A stretch of 64,000 nucleotides of DNA from assembly GCA_951406725.2 (NCBI GenBank), contig OX597821.1:92752001-92816000 (forward strand), read 5' to 3'. Below the pieces are notes generated by a model. It was given only the letters and a program-made list of their open reading frames with translations. It was not told where the DNA came from and searched no databases. This document shows positions 51,950-64,000 of this stretch, one piece after another. The position numbers were made by a program, and so were the translations under genes. How positions within the stretch are numbered: position 1 is the first letter of the stretch; every line of letters starts with the position of its first letter. Source of the DNA: Octopus vulgaris. Taxonomy: Eukaryota.

Positions 51950-52786
51950 GTTGTTGTTGTTGTTGTTGTTTTTGTTGTTGTTGTTGTGTCAGAGAGTGTA
52001 TACTGTCAGTCAAAACATCTGACAATACTTAGCAACATCCCTGTGCATCCTGAGTACAAATGTCACAGAAATAAACTTTGCCTTTCATCTACAAAACTTT
52101 GCTTGATTCACTTCACATCGCCCTACCTCATGAATCATGGCCTTGTGCCAATCTGAGTAATCATTGTTATTAGCATTGTCATATTGCCAAACACTGGGTG
52201 TTTGGATATATTTTTTTGTGGCCATAAACCTGGCAATAATAAATTATCTCGAAGTTGCCTCCAGGCATTCCTTTAATTGCAGTTAGGGTTCAGAGGGTGA
52301 AAATGCAGATATTTTTTTTTCCTTTCTGTTTCAATGTGAACATAGTGTAAGAAATATCAAACATCTGAACCAAATGAGATATTTTTAATAAGGACATTTA
52401 AGTTTTTATACATGTATGTATGTATGTATGTATGTATGTATGTATGTATGTAGGTAGGTAGGTAGGTAAGTAGGTATGCATGTATGTATGTATAAACACA
52501 TATGTTCATCTATATATCTAGCAATCAAACCATCAATCTACATACATAAATTAATAGATAGAAAGAAATATGTGTGTATACGTGTATATATACAAACTGA
52601 TATGTATGAATACGTATACATATATTTTTATACTTAAATATACGTATATATATATATATATATATCTGTATATGTGCATATACATGTTTATAAACATATA
52701 TATATATATATGTATATATACATACATACATATACCTATATATACATATATATATATATATATGCATACCTACAATATATGCGCTC

Positions 52787-52827
<41 letters not shown>

Positions 52828-52912
52828 AATGTATCAATTTATAAATTTATGCATTCATAGAAACATTTACGTATATAAATAAATACACACACACACATAT
52901 ATATATAGTATG

Positions 52913-52956
<44 letters not shown>

Positions 52957-53591
52957 TGTGTGTGTGTGTGTGTATATATAAATGTATATATATGCATATA
53001 TATGTGTGTGTATATTTATACATACATACATACATACATTCACTTATACACATATGTGTGCGTGCACATGTGTGCATGTAAACTTACACATACACATCCA
53101 TATTCACTATATCTACTTCAACTAGCTTTCCTTTATTAACTCCTCTTTATTAACTTTCCTATATAAAATAACGATGATGTCTCAACTGTATGCTATGTAA
53201 ATAATTAAAAGGTTCTCAAAGGGGAAATTACTGACAGCAATAGACAATATATGAATTAATAAATTCTCTACTTGTAAATATATCTTATCTGTTTTGAAGT
53301 AAATGTATGTATTCTAAAATCTTCAGCAAACGATATTAGGTAAGATGGGCAATGAAGCAATTTGTTTTCCACCACATAGTCCATAGTTAGCAATGTAGCA
53401 CTCATGTTGTTTTCAGAGTCTCCCAGACAGGTGAAGAGATGGAAGAGAACTACTTTCAGGCCAAAGACGTAACCTGAGTGTTTACACCAATGTGAATTTT
53501 GCTTAGGTTACTGAAGGTTTTACTAGTGAATTTCGGTACAGTAAACAGCTTTTACCGGCACTAACATCGTATAGATTAGTATTATGACATG

Positions 53592-53979
53592 TGGAGGCGC
53601 AATGGCCCAGTGGTTAGGGCAGAGGACTCGCGGTCATAGGATCGCGGTTTCGATTCCCAGACCGGGCATTGTGAGTGTTTATTGAGCGAAAACACCTAAA
53701 AGTTCCACAAGGCTCCGGCAGGGGATGGTGGTGAACCCTGCTGTACTCTTTCACCACAACTTTCTCTCACTCTTACTTCCTGTTTCTGTTGTACCTGTAT
53801 TTCAAAGGGTCAGCCTTGTCACTCTCTGTGTCACGCTGAATATCCCCGAGAACTACGTTAAGGGTACACGTGTCTGTGGAGTGCTCAGCCACTTACACGT
53901 TAATTTCACGAGCAGGCTGTTCCGTTGATTCGGATCAACCGGAACCCTCGTCGTCGTAACCGACGGAGTGCTTCCATCC
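53592..53979 (+). mobile_element. tRNA-derived SINE family D, intact, with 11-bp TSD
   Basis: A box TGGCCCAGTGG, B box GGTTTCGATTCCC; TSD ATTATGACATG at 53581-53591 and 53980-53990; two terminal hairpins. Confidence 0.92.
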
Positions 53980-53999
53980 ATTATGACATGGATTAGAGA

Positions 54000-54160
54000 A
54001 GGCGGTGACCAAGCAGAATTATTAGCACGCCGAGCGTTCTGAATTCAAATTCCATTGATGTAGACTTTGTCTTTCATCTTTTCAAGGTCAATAAAATAAG
54101 TACCAGTTGAGCACTGGGGTCGGTGTAATCAACTTATTCTACCAAAACTTGAAAGCATTA
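54000..54160 (+). mobile_element. SINE family A (old copy)
   Basis: GGCGGTGACCAAGCAGAAT..AATAAGTACCAGTTGAGCACTGGGGTC. Confidence 0.78.
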
Positions 54161-54171
54161 TGACAAGAATA

Positions 54172-54590
54172 GGCGCAGGAGTGGCTGTGTGGTAAGTAGC
54201 TTGTTTACCAACCACATGGTTCCGGGTTCAGTCCCACTGCGTGGCATCTTGGGCAAGTGTCTTCTGCTATAGCCTCGGGCCGACCAAAGCCTTGTGAGTG
54301 GATTTGGTAGACGGAAACTGAAAGTAGCCTGTCGTATATCTGTATATATATATGTATATATGTGTGTGCATGTATGTTTGTGTTTGTCCCCCTAGCATTG
54401 CTTGACAACCGATGCTGGTGTGTTTACGTCCCCGTCACTTAGCGGTTCGGCAAAAGAGACCAATAGAATAAGTACTGGGCTTACAAAAGAATAAGTCTCG
54501 GGGTCGAATTGCTCGATTAAAGGCGGTGCTCCAGCATGGCCGCAGTCAAATGACTGAAACAAGTAGAAGAGAAAAGAGAAAGAGAAAGAA
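54172..54590 (+). mobile_element. SINE family B, full length
   Basis: GGCGCAGGAGTGGCTGTGTGGTAAG through TGAAACAAGTAGAAGAG. Confidence 0.93.
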
Positions 54591-55400
54591 TGAGAATAGC
54601 AAGAATGGACTGGGTAAAGGAGTCTTCTTCTCTTTATAAGTACTTGTAAGCCAGGAAACACAGGTGAGTAGGGACATTTGTAGGGCTCTTTGATTTACCC
54701 TTCATGATGTCCAGTCACGCATTAGTCCTTCTCACTTCAGTGGTTCTCAAACTGGCAAATACCTACCTTGACAAAAACTATTATTGAAAATGCTTTGACT
54801 TCCCATGTTTTATTAATGAGAAATTCAAAGTTTGCGATCACAAAACACTTCTTTCTTTGTCATAGTACAGGGCAAGTTTAAAATCATTTTTTATCATATT
54901 AAGCATGACAATTTGCGTGTTCCCTTTTAAAATTTCACAACCTTCAACAATAAGGTACACTGGTTTAGCTGAAATTTACTGATGATTTGGTAAGCGAATT
55001 GGTCAGTACTGATGTTGTACTTATTCATGCCAGAGAAAGGACATTGAGAGAAAGACCGTTTGGGTCATCATAGGCGAAACAGCTCAAAAACTTAATGACT
55101 TAGATGAGGATCAATGGTGATGCAGTGTACAGTCAGATCTGTTTAACCTTTGCTGGTATAAAGAAATAGATCAATGAGGATCTTATAATAACATTTTGTT
55201 TAAGAATTGACTATGTTGCTGCATAGACAATAAAGAATTAATGAACAATTAGAGGATTCTCTATTCAACTTTGAAATTAAAAGAATTTGGTACAGGTTGT
55301 CTAGAAATGTTGTTTCTGTGCTGGTTTTAGAAATTGTGGTTCTTTATTCTCAGGTCAGGCTTCAATCAAGAAAATCTATAGCAATTGCATCTTCTCTTTA

Positions 55401-56680
55401 TCAGGTTGAGAAAAAGTAAGCAACGTTTTGAATCATGAAGAATTTGTACCAGATTTTTGCAGTGTTTTGAATTTTTTTAAACATTTTTTTTTCTGCAATT
55501 ATCTGATAAAACAGACATAGATTTATACAAATGCATCAATAAATTAACATCGCTATTTTTTCACCGTTGTTACAATCATCTGAAATGGAACTGTCAAAGC
55601 TTGATATTCGAGCAATTTTGCTATTCAACTTCAAAAAGGATGTAAAGCGGCTGAAACTGCCCACGATTGGTGAGGAAATGTTTGGTGAGGAAAAGACCAG
55701 TGAGTACTCAGCTCGAAAATGGCTTAAACAATTTCGCAGTGGTGACCTGAGCCTTCAAGATCGTGAGCGTAGTGAACGCCCATCTGTCATTGATGACAGT
55801 CAGTTAAAGACCGTCATTGAGAAAGATCCACGTAAAACCACTCGAGAACTGGCAAAAAGTTAGCTAGAAAACCGCTTGCAACCATTTGCATAATATCGGA
55901 AAATCAAAAAAGCTTGACAAATGGGTTCCACACGATTTGAATGAAAATCAGAAAATGCGCAGATATGAAATTTGCTCGTCGCTTCTTCCCCGTAACCAGA
56001 CCGATCCATTTCTTGATAGTAATGTAACTTGAGATGAAAAGTGGATTTTTTACAATAATAAAAAACGTTCTTCGCAGTGGTTGGACCAAAATAAAGGATC
56101 AAAAACCTTCTCTAAACCCGAGCTCTTCAAAAAGAAGGTTATGGTGATTGTTTGGTGGTTTACTGCTGGACTCATCCACTATAACGTCTCAAGACTCGGA
56201 ATAAACCATTACTGCAGAAACATATTACCATGAGATTGCCAAAGTGAAGGAAAAAATGCTAGTCCTCCGTCCCAGACTGGTCAACAGAAGAGGGACAATC
56301 ATTCTTCATGACAATGCTCGACGACACGTTTTAATAACGACGCTCCAGAAGTTGAGAGAACTTGGCTACGAAGTTCTTCCCCACCCAGGTTATTCACCAG
56401 ACGTTTCTCCTACCGAATACCACTTTTTCAAGCACATTGATGGCTTCCTTCAAGAGAAGGACTTCAAAAATCAAACCGATGCTGAAAGTGCGTCAAAAGA
56501 GTTTATCAGCTCCAGAACTCCAGATTTTTATGTTACCGGAATAAACAAACTTGTAAGTCGTTGGGAAAAGTATATTGATTGTAAGGGTACTTACTTTGAT
56601 GAATAAAATTTCCGCATTGTTAAAATATATTGTGATGCATTTCATGTTTCAAAACGTTGCTTACTTTTTACTCAACCTGG
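55401..56680 (+). mobile_element. Full-length mariner element with disrupted transposase
   Basis: ~30-bp TIRs TCAGGTTGAGAAAAAGTAAGCAACGTTTTGAA / TTCAAAACGTTGCTTACTTTTTACTCAACCTGG, TA TSD, 1280 bp. Motifs WVPHDL, DEKW, LHDNAR, HPGYSPDVSPTEYHFF; frameshifts between ORFs 55567-55863 and 56244-56606. Confidence 0.96.
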
Positions 56681-57599
56681 TAGATGATATGTCACAAATT
56701 ACATTATTAAATGTGTCCTTTTCTTTCTTTAGAATAGAAGGGTGTGATTTTAAAGAAAATTAGTTACTATTTCTATCAGTTTGAGCAACTATAGAAAGGC
56801 TTCGTGTGTGATATCTATTATTATTGTTGCTTAACCCCAAGTCAGGAGACCTATCACCAAAAGCGTTTTAGTCATCACCATTCCATTTTACTCAGACAAC
56901 TATAATATCCAAAATGTTCCACGCTTTTTGAAGACATTAAGATACAATATAAGAGATTTTCTGATGCTTCTAGCAGTTCAAGTGATAACATAAGTCTCTC
57001 ATCTGTGTGACGTTGTTGTTGTAACTGTTTAGCTCGAGTTAACCCTAATCAAGCGTATTTATTGATTAAAGGGGCTGCAATCATGAAAATCACATTTTTT
57101 TCCAGGACATAGTTATATCATATTACTTAATGTATCATTCCTTCTTATTAAGACAGTAGAATGTGATTTGCAGATGTGTACCTATAGTGGTAATAGTTCT
57201 GTTGGCAGTGGTGATGGCGGTGGAAACATTGGTACCAGTGGTAGTGGTAGTGGTAGTGGTAGTGACTGCCTTATTATGATCTTCGATAGATTATTTTCAG
57301 TAATTGTAGTAGCTGCGATCTGTTGCTACGTCATGCTAACCTAAGTCCAGGACAAATAAGGAGTTGAACATTTTGGGGAACCGTAATCAGAGTGGGAGGT
57401 GGAGGGAACCTATCATTGTGGTAGTCAGGGTATCATGTCTGCCTGCAACAATGAAATGGCACCGCTCTCAGAAGGCACACAGAAGATATAGTGAAAGTAA
57501 GAACATTCACAACTCTCCAGTCACCTACTTGGCTGTATATCAGAGAGGTGGTGTCTTGAACATCTTCAAAGATGAAGAATGGACATAGTAAAAGTAGTG

Positions 57600-58890
<1,291 letters not shown>

Positions 58891-60850
58891 TCGGTGGCTC
58901 TTCTCCCACTATTACTCTCCACAGTCACAGTAGTGATCCTAGCTGTGCAATCACCCAAAACATTTTGCAAACAAATTTACTTCAATTATTTCTCTCATTG
59001 GCTTTACTTTTCATTTAATTTTTATTTATTTTTATTTCAATTTTTTTCTTTTATTCTACTTCCTAAATTTGTATTTTATCTATTAATTTTTCTTCCATTT
59101 AATTGATAATATTTTGTATTTTAATCTTCTTCCTAATTTATTTTCAATTTACATATTGATTATATTTATTTATTTATTTGTATTTCTTTCATATATTTTT
59201 CATATATTTAAATATATTCCTTTTATAATTTTCTTTCATGTTTTCTGTATTGGTAATTATTATATCTAAACTTTACAGTTGACATATATTCATTTTCTGT
59301 CTACTTTTTTAACTTTAAACTTTCTCAACATTTTCTTAATGTCTTCACTTCTTCATTTTCATTTACAATTAATTCCAATGACATCCTTAAAGAAATCTGC
59401 AGTGCAGTCGCAATTACCACCTGCATGCATGCATTCTGTTAGTTGTTTTTCGGTGCACTATTGGCTCTTGAAACCTGACGTCTCCATTCTTTCCCTGCTG
59501 CGACGGTCGTATTTTGTTGCACAAGAAACTAGGGCTTATAAATATACTGAGTTGGTAGTGAGGGTTGATGAGGATTTGGGTGGTACCAGACCATAATGAT
59601 TTCATCGTGGTTATTGATACTTAACCCAGGTCAGACTTGATAATGCAGATCTGCGATCAAAAGCATTCCATCCATGGCCATTTCGTCTTTTACCTATACA
59701 CAAGGAACCCTGGATCACATACTAAAACGTGTCTCATTCTAAGCTAGTAGGCTTGTGAGTTGAGGGAAATTTGAGAACTATTTCTTGCATGACTAGCAAC
59801 CAATTACAGGCACATTTTTTGTTGGTCGGCAGTGGTGTCTTAGTTTTATTTATGATGGTGATAATGGTAGGAACGTTTGGCATTGTTACTATTGTTGTTA
59901 TTGTGATAGAAGGGAGGGGGCTGATAGCGTTGTTATTGGTGGGAGCAGTGGTAGTGGTGGTAGTGGTGGTAGTAGTGGTAGTGGTGGTAGTGGTGATGGT
60001 GGGCTTTCACAGTGTTGGTGATGGTGACAGTATATGTTTATGTGCTGTTGTTGCTGGTTTTGTTCTTGTTATTGGAGGTGGTGGTGATGGTGATGGTGGT
60101 GGTGCTGGTGCTGGTGCTGGTGATATTCGATGGTGCTGGTGGTGGTGGTGAAGTCAACAGCATTAAGTGGCATCGATGATGGCGGGGAAGCTAGCGCATT
60201 TGGTGGTGTTGTTGATGGCAGTATGGCAATGTGATGGTGCAGTGTTTTGTAGTACTGGAATTGATAGTTATTGGTAGTGGTGGCGAATGCGGCGGTGACG
60301 GCGGTGGTGGGGGTGGGGGCGTTGGGCTTGCTGGAGTGGGGTGGGGTGGTGTTTAGCGGTGTTGGTAGCGTTAGGTGTGATAACATTTACTATTCATTTG
60401 CCCTTTGCCCTGCCTCTAAAGAGAGTGAGCAAGTGCTGCCTTCTGTGCAGCGATGCACTGACAGGTCAATGAATAAACACATCCTTCCGGTGCACAACTT
60501 GTGCACTTCTGTTGTAATTAGATATTTGTGAACAGCCGAAATTATTTGTAGGGATGTGGATATTGCTCGGCTGAGACTGGGGCGGTGGGGTTGTTGAAAT
60601 TTAGTGCTGAGTGGGGGAGGGACTCTATAGGGATTGCTATTCATATGCATGTATGTAATGATGTATGTGTATGAATATATATACACGGACACAAGCATAC
60701 ACGCGCGCACACAAACACAAACTCACACATATGCATACATACTGTAACAAGGAGAGCAAGAGAAGAGAGTGATTACAACAGAATTGGGTAATGAGGAAAG
60801 ATAATTTAAATGAGAGATTGCTCGATGCATACATAGCTAGGTATATGTGT

Positions 60851-60887
<37 letters not shown>

Positions 60888-60965
60888 CATGCATGTATAT
60901 ACACACATGCTCACAGACATATATGAAAAGAGAAAGCAAGATTGATGCATATATATATATTATAT

Positions 60966-61004
<39 letters not shown>

Positions 61005-61089
61005 TTGCCCAGATATATACATACATGCACATACTAATTCGCATACAAACACACATATATGCCCACATAACATACTAACATGTATACCA

Positions 61090-61133
61090 TACATACATAA
61101 ATACACACATGCATGCATACATACATACATACA

Positions 61134-61164
<31 letters not shown>

Positions 61165-61217
61165 GTACATGCATACATACATACATGCATACATACATAC
61201 ATACATACATACATGCA

Positions 61218-61248
<31 letters not shown>

Positions 61249-61350
61249 GTACATGCATACATACATAGATATGTAGATACATACATACATGCATGCATAC
61301 ATACATACATGCATACATACATACATACATGCATGCATACATACATGCAT

Positions 61351-61385
<35 letters not shown>

Positions 61386-61434
61386 TACATACATACATAC
61401 ATACAAACATACATACATACATACATACATACAT

Positions 61435-61481
<47 letters not shown>

Positions 61482-61620
61482 TACACACACACACACATAC
61501 ATAAATACATACATACATACATACATACATACATACATACATACATACATACATACATACATACATACATACATACATACATACATACATACATACATAC
61601 ATGCATGCATACATACATAT
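61090..61620. repeat. (CATA)n microsatellite
   Basis: Visible directly. Confidence 0.98.
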
Positions 61621-62099
61621 ATATGACATTTAGAAATAATATCCAAATAAGAATGAAAGGAATAAATTTCTGAAATATTTCTAATGGAGAATGAAAGAAA
61701 CTGATAAACCACTCCTCACCCCATTAAACCTTACCATCCACCAAAAACAACAACAGTACCACTACAGCAACAATACCATTGCTAATGTGAAATTATGCTC
61801 AAAGATTTACTTTTTGAACTAGGGGTCTTCATTAAGGGTCAAGTATGTAAAAGGAAAGGAGTCAAAGACAAACACAGGATGGTAGGCTTTATGGTGGAGG
61901 TGGCGGCGGCGGCGGTGGTGGTGGTGGTGTTGGTGGTGATGGGGTGATGGTAGGGGGGATGGGGTAATGGGGGTGATAGAGGAGGGGAGTTGCACTTCCT
62001 TCCTGCGAGTTAGACTATATCAAATTATCGGAGTGGAGAAGAGTAGGGCAATCACAGGAAAGCTTCAAGACCACAGGAAATGCAATGATTATTTGATGG

Positions 62100-62555
62100 T
62101 AGACTGGTTGTAGTAGCGGTGTTAGTGGCATCGGTAGTAGTGATAGAAGTGCTGGTAGTGTTGGTGCTAGTGGTGGTGGCGGCGGCGGCGGTGATGGCGG
62201 TGGTGGTGGTGGCGGTGGTGGTGGCGGTGGTGGTGGTAGTGGTGGTGGCGGTGGTGTCGGTGGTAGTGGTGGTGGCGGTGGTGGCGGCGGCGGTGGTGGT
62301 GGTGGTGGTGGTGGTGGTGGTGGTGGTGGTGGTGGTTGTGGTGGTGGTGGTGGTGGTTGTGGTGGTGGTGGTGGTTTTGGTGGTTTTGGTGGTGGTTGTG
62401 GTGGTTTTGGTGCTGGTGGTTTTGGTGCCGGTGGTTTTCGTGGTGGTGGTTTTGGTGGTGGTGGTGGCGGCGGCGGCGGCGGCGGTGGTGGTGGTGGTGG
62501 TGGTGGTGGTGGTGGTGATGGTGGTTGTGGTTTTGGTGGTGGTGATGGTGGTGAA
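62100..62555. repeat. (GGT/GGC)n repeat
   Basis: Visible directly. Confidence 0.97.
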
Positions 62556-62689
62556 CATGTACTCTGGGGGAAGGGGGCAGTAGTAATATCAGAAGAGCTG
62601 ATAAAGGCAGTGTACTTAGTAACAGGGATAGTGGCGGTGATAGTGATGTTGGTATAGTGGTTGTTGTGGCAGTGGTATTAGTGGTATTG

Positions 62690-63114
62690 GGCGGCGAGCT
62701 GGCAGAAACGTTAGCACACCGGGCGAAATGCATAGCCGTATTTCGTCTGCCGTTACGTTCTGGGTTCAAATTCCGCCGAGGTCGACTTTGCCTTTCATCT
62801 TTTCGGGGTCGATTAAATAAGTACCAGTTACGCACTGGAGTCGATGTAATCGACCTAATACCTATGTCTGTCCTTGTTTGTCCCCTCTGTGTTTAGTCCC
62901 TTGTGGGTAGTAAAGAAATAGGTATTTCGTCTGCCGTTACGTTCTGAGTTCAAATTCCGCCGAGGTCGAACTTTACCTTTCATCCTTTCGGGGTCGATTA
63001 AATAAGTACCAATTACGCACTGGGATCGATGTAATCAACTTAATCCGTGTGTGTGTCCTTGTTTGCCCCCCCCCCCCACTCTGTGTTTAGCCCCTTGAGG
63101 GTAGTAAAGAAATA
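62690..63114 (+). mobile_element. SINE family A dimer within a single 14-bp TSD
   Basis: Full unit plus head-less unit; GGTATTAGTGGTAT at 62674-62687 and 63115-63128. Confidence 0.92.
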
Positions 63115-63817
63115 GGTATTAGTGGTATGAAAGTGATAACAGTGGTAATGACAAGGAGATTGCACGGGGTGGTGTTGATGTTGATTGCATTGAGCAGTCA
63201 TTTCTATTGGTGGAGGTAGTGACAGTGCGGGGGTGGGCGTTAATGGTGGTTTTAATATTTGCAGTATGTTGTTGATGTCGATGCTGTTGTTTATCTCTTT
63301 CTTAGGGCTTTGATCGAAGATATTCCAGCCATAACCGCTTAATCATTTTTAAGTACATTTAAAACTATATTTTCTAACAGTAAGGTTCAATTACTTGAAA
63401 ATTTTATTACTATCTCTAGTGGGTCAAGCAGCCACATAAAAGCTCCCTAGGCAGCTCACAGCTATTGATGTTTCATTCATTGGTGGTAATGGTGGTAATG
63501 GTGGTGGTGGCAACAGCGGCGGCGGCGGTGCCTTATGTGTCAGTGGTGATATAGTCATTGAGTTCAAATCTTCCTAGAGTCAAGTTTGCATTTAAAAATC
63601 TGGAAAGGTCAGTCAGGTGCTATGCTGTTTCACATCAAGCTAAATCTCTCTCTCTCTCTCACTCTCTTTTTCTTTCGCTCTCTCTCTCTCTCTCCCTTCT
63701 CAGTTCAATTACTCTATCAACCAATTTTCTCTCTATCACTCTTTCTTCTCTCATTATATCACTGTTTCTATTTAATTCAACCTCATTGAAAACAACTAGC
63801 GTGTAGCTGTCTGTCAT

Positions 63818-63848
<31 letters not shown>

Positions 63849-64000
63849 TACTGCTCCCTCCTCTGTAATCACTCTACGCTGGTTCCCTTTCTCTCATCCC
63901 TCTCTCTTGTCTATTCACCCTCTGGATCATGTTGATTTGAATGAGCTGAAACAATAAAGGACGGAGTAGACTTTTTTTGTCTTGGAGATAAGTTCAATTC

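Noticed and set aside
53592-53670. tRNA gene (also the heads of SINE C)
   Set aside because: No proper acceptor stem; continues into a SINE body with a TSD.

Overview
Eukaryotic, AT-rich, repeat-saturated DNA with no host protein-coding exon I can support; probably intronic or intergenic. The SINE families and very dense (TA)n/(CATA)n/(TAT)n/(GGT)n microsatellites look like an Octopus genome, but this is recognition from memory, not a search result. Most supplied ORFs are microsatellite translation artefacts. SINE content: at least 4 tRNA-derived families (labelled A-D here) and one 5S rRNA-headed SINE. DNA elements: three non-autonomous Helitrons, mariner/Tc1/pogo remnants and hAT-like MITEs. 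Retroelement remnants: RTE, CR1 and R4/Dong LINEs, four decayed Penelope-like element (PLE) ORFs, and a Ty3/gypsy pol split by a fold-back MITE whose centre is a telomere-like palindrome. The most interesting signal is a set of short non-coding elements embedded in (TA)n tracts. They carry minimal hammerhead ribozyme (HHR) folds with recurrent non-canonical cores (CCGANGA in three unrelated families, CUGUUGA in a fourth) and PLE-type inverted ends, which suggests a microsatellite-targeting retrozyme/non-autonomous PLE system. Coordinates were counted by hand; ends of decayed elements are approximate.
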